Source of the DNA: Bacteroidales bacterium
Lineage (GTDB): Bacteria; Bacteroidota; Bacteroidia; Bacteroidales; VadinHA17
DNA length: 64,000 nucleotides
Direction of reading: 5' to 3'
Assembly: GCA_025358455.1 (NCBI GenBank)
Contig: JANYJP010000040.1
Span: 1,758-65,757 of the forward strand
The position numbers and the translations under genes are program-made. Under the pieces are notes generated by a model, which was not told the DNA's origin, did not search any database, and saw only the letters and a program-made list of their open reading frames with translations. Positions 1 to 10,329 of the stretch are shown here, piece by piece. Position 1 is the stretch's first letter, and the number at the start of each line of letters is the position of its first letter.

Positions 1-3000
1 TTCGTTATTATCCATTCTCTAGCGTTATTAAATGCTTTGATCCATGGTGTTACTTCATCATTCTTTTTGTCTGCAGGATAAAATCCGCACTGCCATGGGA
101 AATATGCCCTTTCCAGATGTGGCATCATTACAAGATGACGTCCATCTTCTGAACATAGTCCGGCAACATCGTAATCTGAACCATTTGGATTGGCAGGATA
201 TGTGTGCCTGCTGAATTTTAACGGGATCTGATATTTTTCTTCAGGGTATGGCAAAGTAAATTGTCCCTCACCATGGGCTACCCATATTCCTAACTCCATA
301 CCAGTCATATTGCCAAGCATAATTGACTGATTCTGCAGAATTTTTACTCCGATAAAACCTGATTCAAATTTATGCGACTTATTAAGGAGGAGTTTGGGTC
401 TCAATTCATGATCGGGGTATACAAGTCCCAGTTCAACCATGAGCTGGCATCCGTTACATACCCCAAGTGATAAAGTATCAGTTCTTTTGTAGAATTTTTC
501 AAGTGCGATCCGGGCTTTTTCATTATATCTGAAAGCACCAGCCCACCCCTTGGCAGATCCCAAAACATCGGAATTTGAAAAACCACCTACGAAAGCTATC
601 AGGTTTATATCCTCAAGTGTTTCCCTCCCGGTTATCAGGTCGGTCATGTGAACATCTTTTACATCAAAGCCTGCCAGGTAGAGTGCATACGCCATTTCCC
701 TGTCACCGTTTACCCCTTTTTCTCTGATTATTGCAGCCCTGACACCCGATCTTGTTCTTCTGTCGGGAGAGATGGACAGAGATTTAAAAGTTCCTTTAAA
801 ATCATTTGTAATGATCTTCAATTCATGATTTTTATAGTTTTCAAATCTTTCAAGAGCCAGTTCGGAACCCGATTGCCGGCAATCGAGAAGATAGGATGTT
901 CTGAACCATTTATCACGAAGCAGATCAATATCAAATTTGAATATTTCAGTGTTGTTAGTCACAAACAGGGTTCTATCATCAGCAGGGTGACCAATGGAAA
1001 AATATGATATTCCGTTTTCCAAAAGAATTTCAGCCACTTCATCCTCTTCTTTTACCTGAATTATTATTCCCGGATTCTGACTGAAAAGTATCTTTACGGT
1101 ATCATTTTCGTTAAGCTCCGTCAGGTTAACTGTAATCCCTCCGGTTGTGTTTGAGAAACACATTTCGAGCATTGTTGTCAGCATTCCGCCTGCAGAGATA
1201 TCATGCCCGGAAAGGATTTTGTCATTTAAAATAAGTCCCTGAATCGTATCAAACACATCCCTGAAATATAACGGGTCCTGAACAGTTGGAACTTCATCGC
1301 CTAATCTGTTCAGAATCTGGCCAAAGCTGCTGCCTCCGGGTTTGAAGCTATCGCGACTCATATCTATGTAAAGCAGACTCGTATCAGGATCATTGACCAG
1401 TACCGGCTCAATGATTTTTCTGATATTATTTATCTCGCCTGAAGCTGAAATTATAACCGTTCCGGGTGAATAAACAACCTCATCATTGTATTTCTGAGTC
1501 ATTGACAGACTGTCCTTTCCTGTCGGTATATTGATACCGAGCGCTATAGCAAAGTCGCTGGCTGCCTTAACAGCTGAATAAAGCCTCGCGTCTTCCCCCG
1601 GATTTTTGCATGGCCACATCCAGTTTGCAGAAAGGGAAACACTTTTTAATTTGTCAGAAAGCGGAGCCCAAATTATATTTGTAAGGGCTTCAGCTATTGA
1701 TAATACCGAACCAGCCGCGGGGTCGACAAGACCTGCTGCCGGAGCATGACCTATAGAAGTTGCCATTCCCTTTTTGCCTCTGTAGTCAAGGGCAATTGCT
1801 CCCAGATTATTCAGTGGCAGCTGTAAAGGACCTGCACATTGCTGTTTGGCAAGCCTGCCCGTAACCGACCGGTCCACTTTATTGGTAAGCCAGTCCTTGC
1901 ATGCAACCTCTTCAATCTGAAGAACCTGCTCGGCATATTCATATATTTTTTGAACTGAATATTCCAGTTTTTTGTAATTATTAGCGACTATTATGTCGTT
2001 CATAATAGTTTTTGGAGGATCCCCGAAAAGCGATGAAAGTGCCAGGTCAATGGGTTTTTCTTTAGTCACCGGATTTTCAAGGGTAAACTGCATATCACCT
2101 GTGACCTCACCTATTATATATATTGGCGCTCTTTCTCTCTCAGCAATCTTTTTCAATGTATCTACATCAATCTTTCTCATTACCAGCCCCATACGCTCCT
2201 GCGACTCATTTCCTATTATCTCTCGTGCCGACAGAGTAGGATCCCCAACAGGTAATTTACTTACATCAATTTTACCTCCGGTTGCTTCAACAAGTTCCGA
2301 CAAACAGTTAAGATGTCCTCCGGCACCATGGTCGTGGATAGAAACAATCGGATTGTTTTCAGATTCACTCAATGCCCTGATTGCATTATAGACTCTTTTC
2401 TGCATCTCAGGATTTGCTCTCTGAACGGCATTAAGTTCTATTGAACTGTCAAACTTGCCTGTGTCTACTGAAGAAACTGCTCCGCCACCCATTCCAATCC
2501 TGTAATTATCTCCTCCAAGCAAAACAATAATGTCACCTTTTTCAGGAGTATTCTTTTCGCAATCCTTCTTTTTACCTATACCAATACCTCCGGCCATCAT
2601 TATAACCTTATCGTAGCCGAATTTTTTCAGGTTTTCAAAATGTTCGAATGTAAAGACCGAACCGCAGATCAATGGCTGACCGAATTTATTTCCGAAATCA
2701 CTTGCCCCATTGGATGCTTTAATTAAGATATCTTCAGGGGTCTGGTAAAGCCAGGGTCTCTCCTTCGTTGCTTTTTCCCAGGGACGTTCACCATCGGGTC
2801 TTGGATACGACGTCATATAAACCGCGGTGCCGGCAATAGGGAATGCTCCTTTACCACCTGCAATACGGTCCCGTATCTCGCCACCTGTTCCGGTAGAAGC
2901 GCCATTAAACGGTTCAACGGTTGTCGGGAAATTATGTGTTTCTGCTTTAATGGAAAGAACAGATTCATAGTCTGTTATGGCGAAGTAGTCGGCTTTGTCC

Positions 3001-3680
3001 TGAGTAGTTGGTGCAAATTGTTCCACTACCGGTCCCTGCACAAATGCGCAATTATCTTTATATGCAGAGACAACCTTATTTGGATTGGTCTTAGTGGTTA
3101 GCTTAATCATTTGGAAAAGAGTATCCGCTTTTTCTTTCCCCGAAAGAACGAATGTTCCGTTGAAGATTTTATGACGGCAGTGTTCTGAATTAACCTGAGA
3201 GAATCCAAACACCTCACTGTCTGTAAGTTTTCGGCCTATTGATTCTCTTAATTTATTAAGATATTCTATTTCTTCATCATTAAGCGCCAGTCCCTCTTTA
3301 CGATTGTACTGTTTAATATCATCAATATAAAAGACAGGATCAGGAAGTTTATCAATTGTGAACAAGTTCTGACCAAGGCCTTTATATAAAGCCTGGAGCA
3401 TTGGATCGTATTCGTGACTGGCCGATTTAGCCAGTTGAAATTCTTCTATTCTCTTTATCCCGATAATCCCCATATTCTGGGTTATTTCGACAGCATTTGT
3501 GCTCCATGGTGTAATCATCTCTTTTCTGGGGCCTGTATAAACACCTTCAATCTCATCTGTTGCGATCAGACTGGCTTCACCGAAGAGCCATGATAGTTTT
3601 TCAACATCATTTTTCGAAAGTTTTTCAGATGTGTCTGCTGCAATTATATTTTTGGAAGTGCCTTCAAAAAAGAGAATCAT
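1..3680 (-). CDS. purL: Phosphoribosylformylglycinamidine (FGAM) synthase, single-chain large form; 3' end runs off the window
   Basis: Absent from the ORF track because it runs off the left edge. The minus-strand frame is open from the ATG at 3680 to base 1 (about 1226 codons). N-terminus MILFFEGTSKNIIAADTSEKLS. Internal EVFGFSQVNSEHCRHKIFN matches the FGAM synthase motif. The C-terminal amidotransferase region ends ...DEVTPWIKAFNNAREWIIT at the window edge. Confidence 0.9.
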   Translation of the reverse strand, partial: MILFFEGTSKNIIAADTSEKLSKNDVEKLSWLFGEASLIATDEIEGVYTGPRKEMITPWSTNAVEITQNMGIIGIKRIEEFQLAKSASHEYDPMLQALYKGLGQNLFTIDKLPDPVFYIDDIKQYNRKEGLALNDEEIEYLNKLRESIGRKLTDSEVFGFSQVNSEHCRHKIFNGTFVLSGKEKADTLFQMIKLTTKTNPNKVVSAYKDNCAFVQGPVVEQFAPTTQDKADYFAITDYESVLSIKAETHNFPTTVEPFNGASTGTGGEIRDRIAGGKGAFPIAGTAVYMTSYPRPDGERPWEKATKERPWLYQTPEDILIKASNGASDFGNKFGQPLICGSVFTFEHFENLKKFGYDKVIMMAGGIGIGKKKDCEKNTPEKGDIIVLLGGDNYRIGMGGGAVSSVDTGKFDSSIELNAVQRANPEMQKRVYNAIRALSESENNPIVSIHDHGAGGHLNCLSELVEATGGKIDVSKLPVGDPTLSAREIIGNESQERMGLVMRKIDVDTLKKIAERERAPIYIIGEVTGDMQFTLENPVTKEKPIDLALSSLFGDPPKTIMNDIIVANNYKKLEYSVQKIYEYAEQVLQIEEVACKDWLTNKVDRSVTGRLAKQQCAGPLQLPLNNLGAIALDYRGKKGMATSIGHAPAAGLVDPAAGSVLSIAEALTNIIWAPLSDKLKSVSLSANWMWPCKNPGEDARLYSAVKAASDFAIALGINIPTGKDSLSMTQKYNDEVVYSPGTVIISASGEINNIRKIIEPVLVNDPDTSLLYIDMSRDSFKPGGSSFGQILNRLGDEVPTVQDPLYFRDVFDTIQGLILNDKILSGHDISAGGMLTTMLEMCFSNTTGGITVNLTELNENDTVKILFSQNPGIIIQVKEEDEVAEILLENGISYFSIGHPADDRTLFVTNNTEIFKFDIDLLRDKWFRTSYLLDCRQSGSELALERFENYKNHELKIITNDFKGTFKSLSISPDRRTRSGVRAAIIREKGVNGDREMAYALYLAGFDVKDVHMTDLITGRETLEDINLIAFVGGFSNSDVLGSAKGWAGAFRYNEKARIALEKFYKRTDTLSLGVCNGCQLMVELGLVYPDHELRPKLLLNKSHKFESGFIGVKILQNQSIMLGNMTGMELGIWVAHGEGQFTLPYPEEKYQIPLKFSRHTYPANPNGSDYDVAGLCSEDGRHLVMMPHLERAYFPWQCGFYPADKKNDEVTPWIKAFNNAREWIIT

Positions 3681-3828
3681 ATCGATGGAGTTAATGTGTT
3701 GATAGATACTATGATGTGCTAAGAATGAATTCTACTTTAGTACAACGTAAATATAACTCAAGTTTTAAGAGAAACCTATAATGACCCCTTTGTATACCCT
3801 GTTCTTTTTTGTATGAATGAAGAGATTT

Positions 3829-5859
3829 TTATTTAAGTCCGCCGCGTTTCAGAAAGGCCTCAAGGGAGGGTTTTTTTCCGCGGAACCTGTTATAAAGATC
3901 CTGCGGTTTCTCTGTTCCTCCCTTCTCCAGGATGTTCTTCCTGAATGAATTTGCTGTTTCCTGATTAAATATTCCGGTTTCGGTGAAATAGCTGAATGCA
4001 TCTGCATCAAGAACTTCTGACCATTTATAACCATAGTATGCTGCAGCATACCCGCCACTGAATATATGCGCAAAAGAAGCGCTAATGTTTAACCCTTCAA
4101 CCGGAGGAAACAATTGAGTTTTTGACATTGCCTCAGATTCAAAATCAGAAATATCTCCATCGACCTGTTTAGTGATAGTATGCCATGCCATATCCAGGAA
4201 AGCAAAGCTTAATTGTCTGTAACATGCATAACCTTCATTAAATACAGCCGCTTCTTTTATTTTGCTGATAATCTCATCGGAAAGCTTTTCACCGGTCGCA
4301 TAATGGGTAGCCCATGTATCAAGCCATTTCTTTTCGAAAGCGAAGTTTTCCATGAACTGCGATGGTAATTCCACGAAGTCGCGGGCAACGCTTGTACCTG
4401 AAAGACTTTCATAGGTGCATTTTGTTAACATACCATGCAAAGAGTGGCCGAATTCATGAAGGAAAGTGGTAACCTCATTAAACGAGAGGAGAGAAGGACG
4501 CGTTTCCGTTGGTCTTGTGAAATTTGCTACAATTGAGATAATTGGTCTGACCTCGATGCCATTTTCTTTCCGCTGATCCCTGTAACTCGTCATCCATGCC
4601 CCACCACCTTTCCCGGGACGAGGATGATAATCAATGTATAGGATAGCAAGAAAAGAACCATCCTTATCATGTACTTCAAAACATTTCACTTCAGGATGAT
4701 AAACAGGAATTGAATTGTTGATAGAGAACCTTATTCCATAAAGAGTTGTTGCAAGATTGAAAACAGCAGCTTCAACTTTTTCCAGAGGAAAGTATGGTTT
4801 TAGAACCTCATCGTCTATGTCATACAATTTCTTTTTGAGTTTTTCAGAATAAAATGCCCAATCCCATCTTTCAATCTCACCGGTAAACCCGTATTCTTTA
4901 GCAAAACTCCTGATATTATCAAAGTTACTTAAAGCTGCATGTTTTGAAGCTGAAAACAAGTCTTCAAGAAATTTAGCCACTTTATCCGGTGTTTCAGCCA
5001 TACGGTCGCCGAGTACCATTTCAGCAAAATTCTTAAACCCGAGCATTTTTGCAATTTCAAGACGAAGATTTGCAATTTTCAAAACGTAATCACGGTTATC
5101 GGATTCATTTCCCCTGAATGCACGCGATGAATATGCTCTGAGCATTCTTTCACGTAGATCACGTCTTTCCGAGTACTGCATGAACGGAATATAGCTGGGA
5201 GAATTAAGGGTAAAAACCCATCCCGGCTTCTCTCTTCTCTCTGCTTCAATTGAGGCCAGCTCAACTAAGCTTTCGGGCAATCCTTCCAGTTCACTCTTAT
5301 CATTAATATTAAGTACCCATGAATTTGTCTCCTCAAGCACATTCTCTTCAAATTTCAGGGAAAGCGTTGAGAGTTCTTCAGATATCTCCCTGAATCTTTT
5401 CTTCTCATCATCCTTCAGACCAGCGCCTCCAAGAAGAAAGTTCCGGTACTTTCTCTCAACAAGAATTTTTTGTTCAATGGTAAGCCCTGAATTCTCTTTA
5501 TTTTCAAAAATCTTAAATACCCGATCGAATAATTTTGTATTCAGGGTAATATCATTTGAGAATCGGGTAAGCAATGGCGATACTTTCTGTGCAGCTTCCT
5601 GAAGTCCCTTATTTGTATCAGCACTATTCAGGTTGAACAGGACTGAAGTAATTTTTCCAAGAGTTTCACCTGCCCTGTCAAGGGCCGCTACTGTATTGTC
5701 AAAAGATGGAACATCAGAATTCTCTGCTATAGCTTTAATCTCTTTTGTTGCCAGGTTAATGGCCCCTTCAATAGCTGGTTTGAAATGAATTGTTTCAATT
5801 ATATGAAATGGAGGCGTTTCAAACGGTGTTTGCCATTTCTGGAGAAGTGGATTGATCAT
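3829..5859 (-). CDS. dcp: M3 family zinc metallopeptidase (peptidyl-dipeptidase Dcp / oligopeptidase A-like)
   Basis: 676 aa. HEXXH zinc site within TTFLHEFGHSLHG. The length and N-terminus are typical of Dcp-type M3 peptidases. Confidence 0.85.
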   Translation of the reverse strand: MINPLLQKWQTPFETPPFHIIETIHFKPAIEGAINLATKEIKAIAENSDVPSFDNTVAALDRAGETLGKITSVLFNLNSADTNKGLQEAAQKVSPLLTRFSNDITLNTKLFDRVFKIFENKENSGLTIEQKILVERKYRNFLLGGAGLKDDEKKRFREISEELSTLSLKFEENVLEETNSWVLNINDKSELEGLPESLVELASIEAERREKPGWVFTLNSPSYIPFMQYSERRDLRERMLRAYSSRAFRGNESDNRDYVLKIANLRLEIAKMLGFKNFAEMVLGDRMAETPDKVAKFLEDLFSASKHAALSNFDNIRSFAKEYGFTGEIERWDWAFYSEKLKKKLYDIDDEVLKPYFPLEKVEAAVFNLATTLYGIRFSINNSIPVYHPEVKCFEVHDKDGSFLAILYIDYHPRPGKGGGAWMTSYRDQRKENGIEVRPIISIVANFTRPTETRPSLLSFNEVTTFLHEFGHSLHGMLTKCTYESLSGTSVARDFVELPSQFMENFAFEKKWLDTWATHYATGEKLSDEIISKIKEAAVFNEGYACYRQLSFAFLDMAWHTITKQVDGDISDFESEAMSKTQLFPPVEGLNISASFAHIFSGGYAAAYYGYKWSEVLDADAFSYFTETGIFNQETANSFRKNILEKGGTEKPQDLYNRFRGKKPSLEAFLKRGGLK

Positions 5860-5885
5860 ATTATATATTTATCGAGTATGAAATA

Positions 5886-8555
5886 TTAATCATTGTCAGT
5901 ATCATTACTTTCATTACCTGCATATTTTGAAGGATACGGAGAGTCCCCTTTTGCTGCATACCAGAGGATCCTGTTAAGCAGATCATCATTCCCTGAATCT
6001 ACACCATCGAATTCAGGAAGCATACTCTTTTTTGCATAATGCAGCATTTTTCCTGTGAGTGATGCAAGTGGTGGCGTTACCTCATCAAGAGGAATATTAT
6101 TCGGAAGTGCTTTGTATGGAGTCATATCGGCCCTGGATGTAAAACAATCAGTCATAGGATTCGCTATGGCATCCTGAATATTCATGGGTGGCAAACCAAG
6201 AATCTGTTCGATAGTCCTTACCATTGATGGCTGAGTGTAAAAGGTATGTATGACTGATTTTAATCTTGAGTACGGGCTAATTACCAGACTTACTGTGCGA
6301 TAAGCAGAAACATGGTCCCATCCACTCTGTGAATCGTCTTCGACAACAAAAATAACAGTGTTTTCCCAGAACCTGCTTTTGGAAAATGCCTCTACAATCC
6401 TGCCGAGGGCGTAATCATTATCGGCGATAAATGCCCTGGGTGTCGGATATCCCGGCCGGATCCCGGTGGTATGATCATTAGGTAATGCAACAACCATCAG
6501 GTCAGGAAGCTGATCTCCCTTCATGGACTCAAAATCATTCAGTTCTTTGATTAATGCATCAGCCCTCATAGCATCGGAAAACTTATGGTTGCCGAACGAT
6601 GGATATGTCTGGCTGAGAATATTCCTGACAGGGTCAATAGTTGTAGAATTGCTAAACTCAACCTTTTCTCCGTTTTTATACATTGTGTAGATATCGCTCC
6701 ATGTCAGTTTTTCATCCATAACAGGTAATGATGCTTCTCCATAAATTTTTGCCGACCTTCCATGACTTATTGCATTATCCCAGATGAAGCCTGTTGGAGC
6801 ATAGACAAGAGCATCAGTTTGAACATGTGGATAGCTTCTGAACCAGGCTCTCATGTTTTTTTCAATATAATCAGTAACAATTGAGGCATCTGTCCACTGG
6901 TGTCCTTCAGCTGAACATTTTCCTGAGGCATAAAAGTTATCAAGAAGCATAAACTCTTCAGAAAGCTTATGAGTATTTGGTGTAATTTCAGCTCCGTACG
7001 TACATAATCCCGGATCGCCATTACCCTGTTTCATGTCACCCAGAATCTGGTCATAAGTTCTGTTTTCTTTAATTATGTAGACAACATGTTTAAATAGCGA
7101 TGGTTCCCCGATTCTGTCCGGAACTGGTTTTGGTTCAGCTGATTTTCTTGGTTTTTCTCTGGCTAATGTTGCTCTTGAGAGATCATTAACAGCAATGACT
7201 GTATCAGTATATGCTTTAAGGTTTTGTTTTCCCGGAACAGGAATAACCGATACTGAAGCAAGCATATGATGCGAGTTATATACCTGGTTTTTCGTATTTT
7301 TGTCTGTAAAGCCTAATCTTACACCTGAAGCCTCCAGGTTACAAACAAACAGATATCTGTTATTCAGTAAACTTACAGATGACGGATACGCTCCGGTAGG
7401 TATGAACCCTGTAACTATACTCTCTGTTAATGAGGCTTTCACCGTAGCATTTTTTCCCAGTTGTATTACTGCAAGTGCATTATCCATTCCGTTTGCAACA
7501 TAAAGTATTTTCCCATTTTCTGAAAGGCAGAGACCATTCGGAGAATCACCGAAAAACGGATTTATCTCTGGCTGGAGCCTTACACTTATTGTTTCCGAGA
7601 TTTCATCCTTAGCTGTATTAATAACAGAAACATTATCACTGTTTGAATTAGTGATATATACAAACGTTCCGGTTTTATCACTTATAATCTCATTGGGATG
7701 AAGTCCGACCACTAATTCTTTAATTATCTTACCATTGGCAGGATCAATTATTGTTACACTTCCTTCCCTGGTCGCACCTCCGGCAGCGTTATTAACTCTG
7801 GCAAGTCCCCAGGGTACACCTGCAACCTCTTTATCATCCTTCTCAGGATGTCTGCCTGCCCAGTTTGTTACATACAGTTTACCTGAAGCCATAGTAAGAC
7901 CATAAGGTGCAACACCTGGATCTGCCACCCAGATTGTGTCACCTGAAATCAGATTCTGTTTTATCACTTTATTATTTCCATTTAAAACAACATAAAGAAA
8001 TTCCCCGGATGCTTCTTTCTTTATCAGAAGTTCATTAGGCAGAGCTAATGCGGCAGGTGGTTGGATTTTATATTCCAGAAATCCTGCGAATTCAGCTTTT
8101 GTTCCATTCCAGGTGGCTGAAACAACAAATGAACGGTTGTTTCTTCCAATTGCGCTCCAGTACAGTTCCATTCCCGTTTTCCCTTTATGCCAGGTGATAC
8201 CGGAGTATGTATTCATGCCACCCATCAGATCAGCATGAGTATTATTGTTAAGGATATATACTACTCTTTTTTCCAGGGTACTTATTAGGACAACACTGTA
8301 TCTTTCTTCAACAGCCAGCCACCTGCCATCAGGTGACAATGCAGCATCCAGGGAATGGTTCTCACTGGACTTGTCGCCGAAATAAATCCTTAAACCTGCC
8401 GGCTGTATCAGTCTGTTGTATGGTAGTTGTATCTGGTTTGGATTAGTTTTTGCAGGATCAGATAAAACCTGTGACCGGCCTGTTATCGCAAGAATTGTAA
8501 ATAGAACTAAAAAAAGAATTTTTGTTTTCATATAATGTTTTATTACACTATTCAT
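5886..8555 (-). CDS. Secreted fusion protein: N-terminal YVTN/YncE-like beta-propeller plus C-terminal phosphoesterase (PLC/AcpA family)
   Basis: 889 aa with a signal peptide (KILFLVLFTILAITGRSQ). Propeller-type repeats: LYVTNWAG, VYITNSNSDNVSVI, LYVANGMDNALAVI. C-terminal phosphoesterase motifs: VVYIIKENRTYDQILGD and VVEDDSQSGWDHVSAYRT. Confidence 0.75.
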   Translation of the reverse strand: MNSVIKHYMKTKILFLVLFTILAITGRSQVLSDPAKTNPNQIQLPYNRLIQPAGLRIYFGDKSSENHSLDAALSPDGRWLAVEERYSVVLISTLEKRVVYILNNNTHADLMGGMNTYSGITWHKGKTGMELYWSAIGRNNRSFVVSATWNGTKAEFAGFLEYKIQPPAALALPNELLIKKEASGEFLYVVLNGNNKVIKQNLISGDTIWVADPGVAPYGLTMASGKLYVTNWAGRHPEKDDKEVAGVPWGLARVNNAAGGATREGSVTIIDPANGKIIKELVVGLHPNEIISDKTGTFVYITNSNSDNVSVINTAKDEISETISVRLQPEINPFFGDSPNGLCLSENGKILYVANGMDNALAVIQLGKNATVKASLTESIVTGFIPTGAYPSSVSLLNNRYLFVCNLEASGVRLGFTDKNTKNQVYNSHHMLASVSVIPVPGKQNLKAYTDTVIAVNDLSRATLAREKPRKSAEPKPVPDRIGEPSLFKHVVYIIKENRTYDQILGDMKQGNGDPGLCTYGAEITPNTHKLSEEFMLLDNFYASGKCSAEGHQWTDASIVTDYIEKNMRAWFRSYPHVQTDALVYAPTGFIWDNAISHGRSAKIYGEASLPVMDEKLTWSDIYTMYKNGEKVEFSNSTTIDPVRNILSQTYPSFGNHKFSDAMRADALIKELNDFESMKGDQLPDLMVVALPNDHTTGIRPGYPTPRAFIADNDYALGRIVEAFSKSRFWENTVIFVVEDDSQSGWDHVSAYRTVSLVISPYSRLKSVIHTFYTQPSMVRTIEQILGLPPMNIQDAIANPMTDCFTSRADMTPYKALPNNIPLDEVTPPLASLTGKMLHYAKKSMLPEFDGVDSGNDDLLNRILWYAAKGDSPYPSKYAGNESNDTDND

Positions 8556-8645
8556 TCCTGAATAACAGGAAATCTTGATTGTTCACCCTTCCGATTGGGT
8601 AAGTTCCGATAACTATCAGTCGGGCAGGGGATTATTAAATAATTT

Positions 8646-8679
8646 AAAAAGGCTGTCCGGAATAAGGACAGCCTTTTTT
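8646..8679 (-). terminator. Rho-independent terminator downstream of the DUF3127 gene
   Basis: aaaaaGGCTGTCCggaataaGGACAGCCtttttt. An 8-bp GC-rich stem flanked by A and T runs, 13 nt past the stop at 8692. Confidence 0.6.
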
Positions 8680-8691
8680 AATGATTTTATT

Positions 8692-9072
8692 TCAGAATGG
8701 CAAATCGCTTAGCTCGTCATTTTCAGGAGGAATGTCCTCAAGGGTCGTATGTGATTCAACAATCTGATCCCTGCCGGATGAAGCTGTCCTCTCAATTTTC
8801 CAGGCATCAAGATTGGTAAAGTAATTAATCTTCCCGTCGCGTTCCCATTTATTACCTTTGAGGTTAAACCATATTTTAACATCTTCATTTAAAAATGATT
8901 CGTTGATCAGGTCACATTTATCCTGAATAAGCTGGAACTTGATATAGTCAATAAAAACCGCAGCTCCGCCCGTCTCCTTCTTCTCAATGACAAACTCACG
9001 TTTTTTAAATTTGTCGCTTACCTGATTAACAGGAGAGATATCGATAACTTTTCCGGTAATTTCAAATGCCAT
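8692..9072 (-). CDS. DUF3127 family protein
   Basis: 126 aa. The N-terminal pattern MAFEITGKVIDISPV...KKREFVIE...DAWKIE resembles the DUF3127 OB-fold-like family common in Bacteroidota. The C-terminal tail is acidic. Confidence 0.65.
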   Translation of the reverse strand: MAFEITGKVIDISPVNQVSDKFKKREFVIEKKETGGAAVFIDYIKFQLIQDKCDLINESFLNEDVKIWFNLKGNKWERDGKINYFTNLDAWKIERTASSGRDQIVESHTTLEDIPPENDELSDLPF

Positions 9073-9078
9073 TTTTCT

Positions 9079-9537
9079 CTATTCTTCGTGAATGATTATC
9101 TTTTCAATTTTATCACCCTGATTTATCTGGTCAATGACATCAAGGCCTTCATATACTTTTCCGAAGCAGGTATGTTGTTTGTCGAGGTGTTTTGTGTTTG
9201 TACGGCTATGACAGATAAAAAACTGAGATCCGCCAGTGTTCCTTCCTGAATGAGCCATAGAAAGTACGCCTCTGTCGTGGTACTGATTGCCACCGGTAAG
9301 TTCACAATTTATCTTGTATCCCGGACCACCTGTACCAACTCTGGGATCGCTTATGTCCTTTGAAAATGGGCAACCTCCCTGGATTACAAAGTCCGGAATA
9401 ACTCTATGAAAGGCCAGTCCGTCGTAGTAACCCTTTTTTGCCAGAGTAATAAAGTTCTCCACAGTTACAGGAGCGTCATCTTCAAAGAAGCTGACCTTCA
9501 TAGTTCCTTTTGGAGTTTGTATTTCAGCTGTAGTCAT
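9079..9537 (-). CDS. Cyclophilin-type peptidyl-prolyl cis-trans isomerase
   Basis: 152 aa. Motifs FHRVIPDFVIQGG and GVLSMAHSGRNTGGSQFFI. Confidence 0.9.
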   Translation of the reverse strand: MTTAEIQTPKGTMKVSFFEDDAPVTVENFITLAKKGYYDGLAFHRVIPDFVIQGGCPFSKDISDPRVGTGGPGYKINCELTGGNQYHDRGVLSMAHSGRNTGGSQFFICHSRTNTKHLDKQHTCFGKVYEGLDVIDQINQGDKIEKIIIHEE

Positions 9538-9538
9538 C

Positions 9539-10252
9539 TTATTTTACAATTTCAAGAAGCTCAACTTCAAAGACAAGTGTAGAAAAAGGTTTGATAATTT
9601 CGCCTGCGCCAGTTGCACCATAAGCAATTGATTGTGGCAGGTAGAGTTTAAACTTTGATCCAACAGGCATAAGTTGCAATGCTTCTGTCCAACCTGGAAT
9701 AACACCTGAAACAGGAAATTGTGCAGGTTCCTTCCTTTTAATTGAAGAATCGAACTCAGTGCCATCAATAAGTGTTCCTACATAATGAACCTTTACAGTG
9801 TTTTGTGCAGTTGGTTTTGGTCCTGAACCCATTTTTATTACTTCGTACTGAAGCCCGCTTGCAGTGGAAGTTACACCTGCTTTTTCTTTATTTTTAACTA
9901 GGAAAGCTTCATTTTGTGCAATATATTCCTTAAAAACCTCTTTGTCGAGAGATGCTTTTTTATCAGCCTTAAAAGCCTCACGCTTACTGATGAAAGACAT
10001 AATATAGGCGCGGGCAATATCATCGGCCATTAATGTTTTCTTCTCTTTCCCATCAAGCATTGCTTTAGCTACAATCATTGGATCGAGCATCAGACTATCT
10101 TGCGTAAGGGCATTATAATTTACTATACCGAAAGCATAGGATAGTGAATCTTCTTTAGTTGCAAGTTTTACATTTTTAAGCGAACTCTTGCCGCAAGAGC
10201 CAAGCATTAAGGCTATTACAGCGATCATAACAATTATTCCCTTGATTTTCAT
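9539..10252 (-). CDS. FKBP-type peptidyl-prolyl isomerase, lipoprotein/periplasmic (Mip/FklB-like)
   Basis: 237 aa. Signal/lipobox LMLGSCGK. The FKBP C-domain shows VKVHYVGTLIDGTEFDSS ... LVFEVELLEIV. Only a 1-nt gap separates it from the cyclophilin gene. Confidence 0.85.
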   Translation of the reverse strand: MKIKGIIVMIAVIALMLGSCGKSSLKNVKLATKEDSLSYAFGIVNYNALTQDSLMLDPMIVAKAMLDGKEKKTLMADDIARAYIMSFISKREAFKADKKASLDKEVFKEYIAQNEAFLVKNKEKAGVTSTASGLQYEVIKMGSGPKPTAQNTVKVHYVGTLIDGTEFDSSIKRKEPAQFPVSGVIPGWTEALQLMPVGSKFKLYLPQSIAYGATGAGEIIKPFSTLVFEVELLEIVK

Positions 10253-10329
10253 ACGATATTTATTTAAATTTTAAATTTCCGCTAAGATAATACTTTGAGG
10301 TAAGCAAAGATACCATTGGAAAATTAATT

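Noticed and set aside
1993-2391. 132-aa plus-strand ORF, along with 401-586 and 648-1007
   Set aside because: They lie entirely inside the purL coding region, antisense or in a shadow frame. They are low-complexity with no recognisable motifs.
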